A stretch of 64,000 nt of DNA. Origin: Balanoglossus misakiensis (Eukaryota; Animalia; Hemichordata). The notes below the pieces were generated by a model. That model did no database searches. It was not told where the DNA came from and saw nothing but the letters and a program-made list of their open reading frames with translations. Positions 16,282-30,500 of this stretch are shown one piece after another; within the stretch, counting starts at the first letter, position 1, and every line of letters begins with the position of its first letter. The translations under genes and the position numbers were made by a program. Location: the NCBI GenBank assembly GCA_040954595.2, contig CM082579.2:4639227-4703226 (forward strand), in the 5' to 3' direction.

Positions 16282-19200
16282 ATGCAGCAAGACAGCGCAA
16301 ATGATCTGGCGACTACGGACCGACCCGAGTCGACAAGTTCTGGACGCGTGACCACAATCACCTCTTGTCCACCTGTCGAAGCACAACCAAGCGCAACTGA
16401 TAACACAGAACAGAAACCCACGCCGGCCACACCGCCCGAAATTAACGCGGAGAAATTCAATGAGGACGCGAGTCGGGAAGAACCCGGGTTGAACGTGACC
16501 GAAGAGTCACCAGTTCCCGCTGCCGCAGGCGAACGTGAACCGGCGACAGAGGCGGACATTGCCGACGATCGCGGCCACGACGTCGACTCAAATCTTACCG
16601 CCGACAAAGTAGAGAGCGTGCACGCGGCAACGCAGTTTGAAAACGCCGACGGGGATCGGAATGAGTCGGCGAATGCCGATGGCGTGAGCGATGACGGCAG
16701 CGACCACGACGACTCCGAAAAAAGCGACGGGAGTCAAAACGGAGACCACGTTTCCGACGAAGAGCTCGAAAACTCGGAATCGGAGGAAGTCCCCGACAAA
16801 GAAAAAGACGAGAAAGATACCGGTGTCGTGAAAAAGTACGTGCCCCCTCCCCACATCAAAAGAATCGTCTCCGAGACGGATGACTACATGGAGCAGCAGT
16901 TCAATGCTCGAAAAGTAAGTCTTGCTATTAAAATTCCAGAGGACGATGCCATGGCAACGATCCAGCGCCGCTTGGACGAGATTGGCGACATGGTAACGCC
17001 GAGGAAAGAAAAGGCAACAACTATGCTGGACGAAATGGAAGAGCCATTGAGAAATTACGTACTGGTAAGTATACCCGAACATTTTAATTTCCTGGCAAGT
17101 TCACCACATCAAACTTATATGGGCATAATATAAATTTTTCAAGGCTTGAATCAAGTTCGACGTCCATGCGCGATTTTAATTACAGCAATACGAAAGGCAT
17201 TCTCGACCAAAGTTGCAATGCGGTTGTTTTATTGTCGCTTTGCCTTGTTCATGAACTTGCGACACCAAAAAATCCGCCAACTTGTTTGTCGGTTTGGAAC
17301 GCACTAAAGTTAGTTTCAGATTACAGTTCTTGTGAACTTGTTCGGTGTAATGAATATTCCTTGAGGTTTCGCTTTACCGTCGTACCGGTGTATTGTGGTA
17401 AGTTGATCGAGCGAAAGTTTACGTAACCTGATTTCATATCTAATGAAGACTGCCACAAGACGCACAACAACTAATAGAAGCAACGTGCATCGGCTGCTGA
17501 TGAACGATTAAATTGCGGGGGCAACCTCCCTGTCTCTGCGTGGGTTTTCAAGTGCTTTTATTTAATTCTCCGTTCGGGCAACCGTTAATGATTGGGCTGT
17601 TATAATCAAAATGCATCTTTTCAGAGAAAGATTGGAAACTTTCGCTACCGCTCGGTAAATTACCAACATCATACAGCAGTTCTGTAAAACTAAAAAACAA
17701 CCCTCCGAACTCCCAAATTAATATTCCTCGCCGTACCAACCAATAAACACCCAAGTTTGTTTGATCTACGTCGGTGTCTGTATGAAGATGTTGGCCAACT
17801 TCCCGGGGTTCATCACAACCAAAGACACCGATACCCATGGGATCAGGTTAGCCGAGACTGACCTCCCACAAAACACCGAACAATACCGAGCGTCCTGGGT
17901 GTGTTGGTCGATGACAATTGTCTCAATCCCCCTGAGCAATAAAGCACAAGGTGCTATACATGTACGTGTAGCAACGATCGGACGAGTTAGCCTCGACATG
18001 TACTCAAATCTAACCAGTTCAAAAAAATCTAATTGGGCTAAGGTATCATACGGTCATACAGTCGAAACTTCCATTTGACCACGGTGATATCCAACGGAAT
18101 GGATACCCCTTATCCATCGTTACCTGGATTTCTTAATTTCTTCCATCAAAAGAGCGGCTTTCTTCCGCTAACTGCATAACAGTAACAATACTGGTGAATT
18201 TTCATGTTTATTGATGTACAGCCTCACTGTCTTATGAAACAGAAGCGTGCGACGGTGGTCTCGCTCCGTAAACGAGGGGCTCCGAGTGCAAACGCACGAT
18301 TCTGACAATTGAAATTATTGTGACATGCATCATTGAAAAGGAAGGACGCTAATCTCTTGAATGCGGATTATACTGAAACGAGCCTGTCGAATTAAGTAGC
18401 GGCCTTATAATTTTAATCCCCCGCAGAACTACAATGATTCTGCGTGTGAAGACCTTCCAGGTCATGCCTGGGCAGCCTTTTCACAGACTGACGCGTACGT
18501 CACATTTTTTCTCCATTCTCTCGAATTCAATGAACACTCGGGAGTCTGACCAGCACAGGTGTCTGTTTTGTGCCAAGACAAGGCCCGTGCGCATGCCCCA
18601 TCACGTTTCTGGCTTCGCCTAAGGGTGTGCTTTGCGAAGTGAGTCAACTGCCGGGTCAAACCTCTCTTGATGTGCCTTGTTTACTAACTATGGTTTCTGT
18701 TGATGTTCTTTATCCGCTCGTTACACTCCGGCGAATTACGCCCATAAAATAATCGCCCATGTTTTACAAGGCCGCTGACCCTGAAGACATTTTACGTCGG
18801 GAGATGACGTGGGGAGTTGCATATGGCATACGGGTTACGTAAGTTTGGCTCGACCGCTTTAAGTTGATCCTTAGGCATGCCAAATCTCCCCTTAACAGAA
18901 CTATAGATGTTTGGTCAGAAAGTTGAGAGTCGAAGCTCTGCCTTGTTAAGAGTTTGGAGAGGTTGGGTGTTGTAAATACGTCACCACGGTCAAGGTCTTT
19001 CAAATACAGCCTGTGTACAGTATAGTCTATATCATTTGAAGCTCATATTTTATGCATGGTTTTCCGGCAACCCAAAAAACTTATATCATGACAAACACAC
19101 ATATCAATAGTGAAGATGGTAAGGTTGTTCTTTCCATATTATCTCACTTCCAATTAAAAATCTCATTGTCTCCACTCTTTTTATTAGGAACTTGCCTCAC

Positions 19201-22200
19201 AGTCACCATCCACATTCAATAAAAGTCGTCGAAAAGGATGGAAGGTAAGCTGTCATTTCATTATTTGATCTATGCTCGGTTCACACCCATGAAAAAAGCA
19301 AACATACATGTGCACATACACAAATGCTTAAATTTGTCGTTGTAACTTTCACGTGTACTTTTTCCTAACAGGTTCGGCATAGATTCAAATATGCCATACG
19401 CATGGCGCTGTTTTCCGTTAGATTTATGGATGTCGCGAAGAGGTGAGTAGTGCGGGGTTTGGAGATGTCTAAAGTTTTTTTCGACCGGGCTACGAAAGTG
19501 CTCAGTAACTCTTCTTATGAATTTTCTCGATCAAAATCTGGAAACACAGCACTGTAATATTATGAGGGTGCAGGCGGATGGATACACCGTTTTGTACTGT
19601 GACAATGCCGCGAAATAATGATATTCTGTGTGAATCGGTTTTCAGGTACATACAGACAAAGAGGAAACCGGGCAAAAACGACTCGACGATCAAATCAGAC
19701 GAAATTGAAGACGAATCAAGTATAAACGCCGCCCTCAACAAAAATTCACCCGGCAAAAGCAGCGTGAGTGATGATAACTTCTCTCATATTAAAGGGACAA
19801 CGTACATATTTTGTTCTTTTTGAGATTCTTAGACTAGTATTTTGTATGTGTAATGTTGAACACTGGTGTTGAACTTTTCCACCACATGTCCGTATCATCC
19901 TTGCAGCTCCATTTGGATTTGCAAATTTATTTGACGACGAGACCCGAGTACAGGGATCCAGATCACTTGAAAAGGGTAAGTATCACTTTTCTGTATTTGT
20001 CTTCTCCAGTACGTATACGGTTTGGTCGCCACCTTCGTCGTTGTGAGAAATTTGTTTGACGTGAATTGTCTCAGTACCCTGGACCAACAAAAAAACAACT
20101 GATAAGCTACTAAACACCGTGTCATAGAACAAACTGCGAACTAAAAATGTCTCGACAGCATTGCGTTCGATCAAATTAATTCACATGGGATATATGCGTT
20201 ACTAGATATTTAGTCCCTGAATTATTTTGCACATAGCTTTATGCTAAGCCACAATGCGATTTACTATAAACCTGGTGTAAGGCAATCGATTTATCATTTC
20301 TTCGGGAGATGTGTTTACACAGATTGAGGGGCAACCGATGACTTGATCTGCCGTGTTGCAATAAGGGGCATATTGTGCTTCACAATATTGGGGGGTATCA
20401 ACTACAATCCCTGAACGGAATTTAATGATTTGAAGTGGCCCCACAGAACAAGCAATACAACCATCCACTGTGTACATTTCATTTTGAAGTTTGACCCAGG
20501 TGCTCGGCACATGTACACAACGTTGTGGCGTCCTAATACTTGAGGCGAGAATGTAGATATGTATGCACGCATGCGCAACGATAAATCCTTGCCTGTTTTC
20601 GGGCACTGGTTTTGACGTTGACCTCATTCTTGACCTTGTCTCGTCAGATCATATGGGTTCTGAGGACGACCAAGGCCTTCACCATGTTCTCCACGGAGAT
20701 GGAAGAGGAACTGGCCAGACGCGTGGCCTACGAACGCTATGACAACGGACGAGTGATCGCCTATCAGGGAAAACCACCTGATCGATTCTATTATATTCTG
20801 ACAGGGAGAGGTCAGTGGCCACACCATCACGTCGTACTTCGTTGTGTGGGGGCGTCGTCAATAATTTTTATTGTATACATACAATATAGTGGATACGATT
20901 TATTTATACTACTACTTGCGCTGGTGTAAGCTTGATGACCAGAAAATATCTCGATCTGTTTCATTTCCACAGTAAATATGTTGCGACAATACAAGTTGCA
21001 GACTGGCGAAGTGTCGAAATCGATGGGATTTCTCAACAAGGGCAATCTAACAGATGTAAGTTTTTTCGGTCGTTGACTCTTGCTATGTGTGGTTGTTATG
21101 ATGACGATTAACGCGATATGTATTAGAATACTGGTGCTGACATCCCTCACACCTTGTTATGCCATAATAAGACATAAAGATGACAAACATAAAAAAAAAT
21201 GATTTTTTACAGACAGAAGAAATGGAAAAGCAGTGGAATAGAGAGTCAAACTTAATTTGCAAGGGTCCTGTAGAAGTACTTGTTATTGATAAAAAGGTAT
21301 GTCAATTAATATATCTACCATCGTCTGTACGTACGTATATGACGGTATACAGCTAACTGTTTAAGGCTCACTGTTTTATATTATTTAATCATCCATATTT
21401 CATTGCAGGATTACTTTTTCCTTCAAAACACCGACGCCGGTCCTCCAATCGAGTTTTTACGGTAAGAAATACCACAAGACAGTTTGTTCTATTTCCTTGA
21501 CAACTGAGAATTTACCACTTCGGTCCACTGTAATCTACATTTGTCTCATTTCATTTACAGAACCGTTGGTCTGTTTCGCGAGTTTCCGTGTGAAGAGTTT
21601 CTCAACCATCCTGAAGCCATAGAATTTAAGTATTATGGGTACGTCTCCAAATTTTTATAGTAAATAGCAAACTACTACGACTCGGGTTAGCTTGGGAGAA
21701 ATGGTGGTGAATTAGTATACATGTACTATAGTACTGGACTGTTTACATGTTTAATAAACAATCGTATTCCGTGTTGTCAAACCATTGTAAACTAACACGC
21801 CATCTGTAATTTTCTCAGCCCCAATAAACAGGTGGTTAAGGACACGAATACGAGAAACTGGCTGTACGTTGTTAAGTCGGTGAGTCTTCTACTTCCGTTC
21901 GTAAATTTGGTTTCTACTGAGTTTAGTTGATTGACTGGTCTGGTTTGTTGTGGTTGATGAGTTCTTCGGAATGATTCTGTTGCCTGCTTTCTTTCAGGGT
22001 GTGTGCAAATGCGTTCGCCGGCAGGAAGTTGTCGACGTGTCACAAGACAAGCGGTTGAGCAGCAGACAGCGATTGGAAAAACTGGGCTGCGCCAAGGGCT
22101 ACAGCCACGCCGATGGTGAGTAGCGTCCTTCCCCCCGTCGTGTCAGAAATCTGCGACTTCCGGACATGAAATCATATCTGCCCGTAGTACAAGACAAGAG

Positions 22201-24886
22201 ATGTTCTCAGGTTGCGTCACCGTGTACATCAATATTTGCCTGTAGATTACTCCCGTTTGTTATTTAGCCCTGCGGAGCCGCTGATGGGTTTATTGATTGC
22301 CAAGTGATAATCGATGATACGCGACACACTTATCGCCATTACATGTGTCATTACATGTGTTCTGTGCGCGACAGTATTCAGTCGCAAAAGCACTATCAAT
22401 TAACCGAACATTGCCGAACAAAGCCGACCGTAGCCTTCATCGAAGCATCCGTGACACCTTTGTTTTCCCGTATCAATCGCGTGTATCCCATTTGCCTTCC
22501 AGCGATGTTGGAGACGAAAATGAAGCGAACGATCGAACGAGGGCAGAAAAATTTTACACTCCTACCCGAGGTTAGTGGAGAAGATCAACGAACGTTTGTA
22601 TTTTCAGTGATGTTGCTGTGGTTTGGTGGTTTCAATCCTGATGTCTTGGTTTGCTGTTTTCTCACGTGTTCACTCCAAAATATGTATAGTCTCAGCTAGT
22701 GTTGTGTTGTTTTCTACACATTGATTCATATTTGTAGTCTTCGAGTCACTCTATTCAGTTGCAAGGGCCACACTTGCTTTGTCGGTTATACACGTGTGTG
22801 CTTTCTGCATAGAACCTTCACCGCAATCACTGTGTGACGGTAGATTGAAATATTCTCACTTTTATTTTTCGCTATATTTACACATGCGTTCATGATTTTT
22901 CATGACATTTTGACATTTTAATGTAAAAAAATCACGCGCGGCTCCAGGTTGACGAATACTGACACAAGTAACAACCAACCATGCCGCTCATCCGGGTGTC
23001 ACATGACGATTTTTCTTTGCTTTGTTCTAACCCATCTCTATCACATTCAAATTTGTTAACCACTTAAACATTTTTAGACGGGAGCTGGATTTTCCTTCGA
23101 AGACGAAAAGTGCGTGCGCGTGCGCGTGTGTGTGTTGCGCATAACCCCACGCTCCGTATCTGATTTTACAGATCGAACGACTTCCCGACCGCCTCACTGT
23201 CAGTAACCCCCATGCTCAGTCGCTTGGCTTCAATGGTAACGGGATGGTAAGTGGTGTTGCAGTTTTGTCAAGGGGTACGCCATCAACGGACATTGTGTAA
23301 ACGCCTTTCGTTTCTCTTTCTTTTACATGGGTAAAGTAAATTCAAGGCACTCTATACGGGCTAAGATAAGATCACTCACGCCAAACATCCGCACAAGTAA
23401 ATTATTGTAAAATGCAAATATAATGTTATAACACGTTAAACGTAACGCACATAGCCATTTTGATATTTCAACTGCTAGCAAAATATACAGCTTTGCAAAG
23501 TTCGAGTTGGTTCATTTTGTTCGATGCAGATCGGTGGCAGTCGAAGAACGAGTGTTGTCCAACAGAGCAAAGAAGGTGCACCAAGTATTGTCACTTCAAC
23601 GGATCTTGAATCAGGTGAGCCGTGCACGCATTACTAGAAAGGGACATTAAAGTTTGACTATTTATCATATCAACTGACCTGCACACTCAGCAGTGATGCA
23701 TGAACAACTAACCTTGAGGATTTCTTTACTCACGCAGAAAATCTAGGTAGTTATCACGAAGGAAGCGAGATGGGAGAGGATAACGACCACGTCGAAGAAA
23801 TGACGGTAATATGACAAAATTATATGATAAAATATTGAATATTTCAGATTTTTGTTATTTAAGTAAATAGTACATATATATCATTGATTTCAAGTCACGA
23901 ATGTTTTTATTTTTTCATCCTACAAGGGCTCAAGTAGAAAGAAGTTTCACCGGGCGTCGATGTCAATCGAGCTACCTCCTCTGGCGGTGGCTGGGTCGAA
24001 GGAAAGGCACGCCATAACCGGCAGCAGACACGGCAAGAGTATGTTCATGACGCAGAGAGCGAGGACGGAGATGCAAATCGCGCGAAGACGGAGACCGTTC
24101 TTGGACGACGAGATGGAGGAGACGCCGCTCCGACGAGCGTATCTCCAGCTGGATCTGCTCAAGGCAGGGGACATGATTGTGAGCGGCGTCAAATATTTTG
24201 TTTGGAATTTTTGGGGGGAGGGGTAAAATTTGAAGCACCCACTCATGATCTGATAACACCTGTATGTAAATAAATGTAATTGTTATAACTGTTCTAATTT
24301 TCTTTCAGGGTTTGAATGACCTATCAGGTCTGAGTCGAGCTCGGAGGTCAGGGGTTAGCGTGGTGAGTTAGAATACATTGAAAAGTCAAATGTATTTCTC
24401 CAAAACAGACGAAAGAATTACAGTCTGTTGTGAAGTTTAAATTATTCAAATTACCCGAACTGGGATTTTGAATGTACATGTATTGACGTGTTTTGATCGG
24501 TTCTGTTTCAGTGGAGTGATGGGGCTGAAATTATCAAAATTAATAAAAGATTCTTCAGACAGCACGCCGGTACAGTCACAATGCTGAAGCTGGAGACAAT
24601 GGTAGGTTTTCTTTATTTTAGTGATTGTAACTCACATCTCAGTCTCATTGTCAGATCTGCCTTAATATATGTATGTATATTAGTATATTGTTTTAAAAAC
24701 TGTCTTACTCGTAATTTTGATCACTTGCAATTTAAGAACCGAGAATATGTTTCGGAGGAAGACGCCATGCAGAACTTAGAAGAACAAGAAACGTGGCTGC
24801 AGTACAAGACGATTCTGATGAAGAAACTCTCGCGACATGGACGCATCGCCAAGAACCAAACCAAGACGCCTGCGTTGTCCATCTAG
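16282..24886 (+). CDS. Cyclic-nucleotide-binding-domain protein (CNBD1/CNBD2-like), paralog A, about 20 exons, long acidic N-terminus
   Basis: In-frame exon chain: 16282-17064, 19188-19244, 19372-19442, 19646-19763, 19907-19975, 20648-20810 (YERYDNGRVIAYQGKPPDRFYYILTGR, a CNB beta-roll start), ~20973-21055, ~21213-21296, ~21409-21461, ~21561-21638, ~21819-21879, ~21998-22114, ~22503-22570, ~23172-23246, ~23530-23613, ~23738-23805, ~23927-24178, ~24309-24362, ~24512-24601 (SDGAEIIKINKRFF), ~24737-24886. The second CNB is split by a long low-complexity insert. Confidence 0.85.
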
Positions 24887-26467
24887 CGGAGATGATCAGC
24901 CACGGAGAATTAAAAAAGGAACAGTACTCTTCCTATACTATTATACTGACCTGATTAGAAGGGGACAGGGCTGCCGTGGAAAAGTTAGGAAGTGCCAGTG
25001 TCGCCGTGGAAGACTGCTATGGCGTCTCTGGACAACTTCGCTTTTCATTGGACGGCGCTAAAGCAGCAGGTGCTGCGCCTGCGTACTTTAAACAACACGA
25101 CCTCAGTCTGCTCAAAGACTTGCATTTACACTTGCCATTTCAAAGTCTCATTGACAATCCACCACTGCATGCATTTGAGACCTGGCGTCAGCGGAGTGTA
25201 CAACTCTTTGTCGAGACTGCATTGTCACGTGCGCCGGGAGAATGCATCCAAGTTAGGAACTAGAGGTCTGAGAGTCAACAGATTTTGCTCTGCTGGCCTC
25301 ACTTCACAGACAGGAATTGTTGCACTTTTAACGGCGAAAGTTACTTTTCAATATATTCCGTTTAGTATTTTGGTGCCGTCGAAATCATTATTCCGTCCAT
25401 GCCATGTTCCTGGGCCCACGATGCATGCCTTTTTAAAACAAAACAATGAAATTTACAAGAAGGTCGTTTCACCACGGACATCGTTATCATGTGATGCACT
25501 TTCAATAAAGTGAAATTTTTATTTTATTTTCCAATTTGAAATGTCTGTTATCCATCAGGAGTTTTCGATTTTAAGACTTAGATTTTCATTATCAGAACAT
25601 ATTCACCTAATACGGCAAGCACGACAATCCTACTTTCAAAAGGGAACAATAATTAAAGATACATCTAGATCGGAGGTGTTTGTATATAAACGGAGCATAG
25701 ACTGTCAACTTCTGTTTTTTTCTCGATTTGTCATACGTGTATTAACTCATAAGTTTTGACCGTAGCTTTTTATAAATAAAATCGTTTTTAAAAATTCATT
25801 GACATTAATGATCATTAATAGACTGATTTGGCGTATATTTTGACCGCCAATATGTTTTTATACAGGAATGCATTGAAATGCTTTAATTTTTTCTGTTCGT
25901 AGACATTATCAACTCTACGCATTCACCCTACTGTCCGAGTTCTCTTGACACAGGCGTATCTCAGGGTTTTGCCCTTGGCCCAATATTGCGACCTAAATCA
26001 TGCTGTCCGTGAAATAAAATGTATGACCTTTGGGAACCTTGTCTGTAAACTATGTAAACCCATCAATTGCACAAAATCTACCTTTCTAGGCTACAGGGAA
26101 CAATTACAACGGTTCATTTCCGACGCCGTCTCGTAACAAAGTGTGAGTTACAGACCTGACGCGGACGAGTGTATATAGCCGGAGGGCAGCATATATAAAT
26201 TACTTCGCAGAGTGAATTTTGTTGCGTTTGGCAGAGTACCAGAAAGTTATAGCGCCACGGAAGAGTGGACAGACATCCTACTGCGTATTCAGACCAAAGT
26301 TGAGCGTTTACTGGACTGATATAGTACACATAGTCCTCGCTAATTTTCTGTCCGAGCCGAAAAAAAGACAGGCGTGCGACAAGTATCGGTCATGTGTACA
26401 AGCAAAGCATCAATCGATACAGCCAACCAAGCGAAACTCTTCTACAACGTCGCTGTACACCTTAACA

Positions 26468-26481
26468 GTCTCCATGGCAAC
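26468..26481. promoter_or_regulatory. RFX X-box GTCTCCATGGCAAC upstream of CNBD paralog B
   Basis: Matches GTHNYY-AT-RRNAAC; about 1.1 kb upstream of ATG 27580. Confidence 0.55.
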
Positions 26482-27579
26482 ACAACGGCAGACTGCATAT
26501 ACACACTCGATGACACGTTGTCATTACATGGTCAACATCCGGCCCTAGTTACACAGAAATGTCGCTATTACGTCAAGCACTGATTTTACCTGTGTGGCCG
26601 TAACTATACAGGCAAGGCCAACTGTGCCATGTCTCTACTGTATCAATTGATGGCGTCAGACACGTGGACGATCAGGTGTCCTTCAAGAAGAAAGGCGGAA
26701 GACACGCACCATATACTAGTATGCATGTACTACCTGTAGTCAGATCTCCTCGGACATGCAAAACTGCGTCCGTCAAACAGAGCTTCTGAAGGCGAATACA
26801 GCTCCATCCAGCGCATACGGTCATCCATGGGCGATATCGCCTTTCAAACTCTGACAGAGTTTCTTTTTTCTTGGCCAAGGTTCAAGGTCGATCAGTTGAA
26901 TCATCTATTTTCACGAAAATGGTCAGAACAGGCATGAAAGGTTTCACTACAAAGTATACATGTACACAAATATCACTGACAAGACAGGGCCCGATAAACA
27001 AAAATAATAAAGTTTCACCAAAGCGGAAAAAACACCGCAATCAAAAGTGATGTATCCGCCATCATTGCCTTAACCTTGAAAAGTGACAACGGTTTGTATT
27101 CGAGTTTAAATCAATATTACTGTAAGGCACATATTTTGATGATGACACGAACAGTCACACCGTATTATAATTGTCATGAATGTCGTAAAATTATGCCCAC
27201 ATCCCTGTTATAAAGCCTTATATCCATCGACGATTTGTTTGATGAGATCACAACACGAATTTATAGGATTTCCCCCATTGTTGGCTGGTTTCCGCAGTTG
27301 AATCAATGAAGTCTATATGCTTTAGGAGCTATTATTTACATAGCTTGTATGGACTGAAGTATGACACGAAGAGAAGAATGCGCAAACTATTAAAATGTAA
27401 ATTTTCATAAGTTCTTAAGGCGGACGACCGCGCCCACCGCTCGATTTATTTTCAATAGCATCCCGAACCCATGCGTCTGTGAAGGGTGGCGACTACGCAT
27501 GACAGAGCAGAGCGAACGAGCCAAGTAAAGTTGTGAGCTGAAAAGTGTGCGGATACACCTGTCCATAGCTGTACGGAAG

Positions 27580-30500
27580 ATGTCGAGAAGATTCGCGCCT
27601 CATCGCGATAGCAAATCGCCGAAACCAAGCGTGGGAGTTAGCTTAGGCTTGCCGGACAGCGGTGTGACTCGGCGGCTCTCACCGGGACCCCGGCAACGCT
27701 CAAGTCCGGGCCGATTATCACCGAGATTCGATTTCCTATCTACCGGGCACGGCAGTTCTGGCTCCGCCGAAGGTGGCGGCGAGATCCCGCACCCGAGGAG
27801 ACACCGGCACCTCGCGAGACATAAACGTCAGTTGGCACCCAACGTCAAGGTAGGCTCGATAAATTTATTTACTGTCGTCCACAAAAAAGTGCGAAATTCG
27901 AATTTTACACAAACGTAATCTTTCACCCAAGAGCCACTCGCCATACCGACACACCTGTTGACGTGGTGGAAATATGCATACGCATCTTTTTGTACGCACG
28001 ACCAACAGGCTGTTGCTAATTCAAATTTCCCTGAAATATAATGGAGCAAATAATTTAAGATTGCGGTAATGACGTGAAATATCAATCGTAGCGAAGTAAC
28101 AGGTGAGAACTTGGTTATCACTAATGTGTTTGACACGCATGTAATTATTCCCCGATATCCTGGTATCAGTATGTCGTGTTTGACTGCAGTCCAACCCCTT
28201 AATCAACAAATAAAGACGGAACAGCTTGCATTACTTCAGCGACATTTCAGAACACCAATTGTATAAATCATTTGCTTCTTCCTGACATTGCAAATATATA
28301 CACGATGAGCAAATGTACAGGACATCGCCGTGTTTTGGCCGGCGTTAACTCAGGTCAACCGAGACGCCAGAATCTAAAACTAAAGAATACGTTTTAGTCT
28401 GGTTGCTGCGTGGTAAAAGATTGTAAACGAACACTGTTACCAAAGCAAATTCTAATTAACGAAAATCCCGCAGGCAGCGCACAAATACATCGATACTTAT
28501 ATTATTCGGCCATAGTTCAGTTCCCTTTATGCAAGCGTATGTTTTCGACCTGTTTGATGGTAAGTCGCACAAACGCCGATGAAAGGAAAATAGCGAATAT
28601 GAAAAATTATTGACTGAATTGTAATGAGGCATGCAACTTGCAAAGTTAAATGTCACCATATACTAGCATTCGTAGATTTATCATGTAGCTCCCAACACAT
28701 CAGAGAGAGAGGGGAGGATGAGGAGGGAGAGAGAGATGGGGGGGGGGGGGCAATTTTTAGTGATGTTTCATGCAGGATCGTACGTGCGCGAGGATGGGAT
28801 TTGCACAGAGCGAACGTGAGGCAAGCATGTCACTTGAGACACCAGCTGATGGACAAACACGATGCATCGCGTGTAGATCTGCCAGCACTAGTACTTTATT
28901 AAAGCCAGCGCTTAAATTCCGTGTTCATTAATATGGTTCAACCTGTCTCGACAGGCAAATATTTCGACCCTCGAATACATTCAACCGAACCCCTTTAAAC
29001 TACAATTCTAAACACCAGAACCTTAAATTCAATTACTATTGTAATTTTCTGTTTATATGCCCAATCTCAGCCGGTGGCTTCAACTCTCCCCCACTGCATT
29101 GTAATTGTTAGTGGAAAAAATGTGCGCCTGAATTCTTTGGAAGAAAAGATTATTTTCTGAGGCTCTGTGCGTAAGAGATTATAAACAATTGCAAGTCGGT
29201 GGCGCTCAGACGATAACGCCCACGGTAACGTTTATACACCTTGTATATGAGCTGCAAGACAAGCCCAGTTCACCGACGTTTTGATCTTTTCGCTTTCAGA
29301 GTAGACGACGTGGCCGCATGTGATTCAGTAGTTTATCGGCACACTGGTTAGGGGATTCCTGGGGTTGATTTATAATCCACGGGTCATCGTGATGTGTTCC
29401 ATGATTATATACATTTACCCCCAAAGTTAGGACACCTGTGCTTCAGTGCTGGCTATGCAGGGAGTGATTAATGTTTTAAAAGCGCGAACATATTCCTTGT
29501 ATTGTTTGGGGGCGATTCATCTGATGCGCGTAATCTCGCAGTTAAATCGCAAGCTTGCAAGACCGACTCACAGCAATAATGTATGAGCAAAGGTATATGA
29601 AATATGCAGTGTGAACTGACTCGGAATTGGTGATAAAGTAACTTGGTGGGTAACGGATATCACACGATAACTAGGGAAGATTCTTTAGATGTAATCTGAA
29701 ATTGAATCTCGCCCCTGACCTAGATACAGAGTCAACTTTGCTGTTTGTACTTGAAATATTGGAAGCTGCTTGCCTGCTTAAAATAAATAATACATGAAGG
29801 TGGTATGCGACTGCCCTCAATGGTCCAATACCGCACATGCATGGAATTGGTGTAAAGTTAAGTGTCCCGTAGGCAAAGCCGTATCATCAGCTAATGGAAC
29901 AGAGTACGACGGATAGTCAGCAGATATGGATTATTATTTTCTCTGAAACCAAATGCACAGATAGCGAAGTAACTGGATATTCCTACAGATTACGGCTTAC
30001 CCGTGGATCCTCGCAGGCGGAATGATATTAGCGGAGCAATCTCGAGCAAGTGATAAGACTGGTTATCAGATTCTGAGTCAGTAATTCACTAGACGTTGAT
30101 ACTAACTTCGGTTCCTTTTAAAATCTATCTGCACTTTTTCGGGTCAACTTACATCTCACTCGTTGAAAGTAAATCTTACCTCCGTACACTTATTTTGACT
30201 AGCTGTCAAGGACAGTTATTCAAGAATAAAATTTACATTTTGAATCAGTCCGGCCAAAAATCACCATCGTATCCAAAACTGCACTTACTGCAGACAATGA
30301 AAAAGTACCCATTTCGCAAATTAATTTAAAGTAATAAAATTATGATGTACAGAATGAAATGAGTTGAGATAAATTGTACGTCTACTCGGAAGGGCGCTTT
30401 GAGTAGTTTTTTAATCCATCTCGCTAAAATGAATAGATCCAATAAAATATTCCCTCCTTCAGCCTGGTTAATGTTTGTTGGCGTCTCTCTTTGCTGTTGG

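Noticed and set aside
16155-17082. Antisense ORFs of 150 and 164 aa
   Set aside because: Mirror the acidic first exon of CNBD paralog A.
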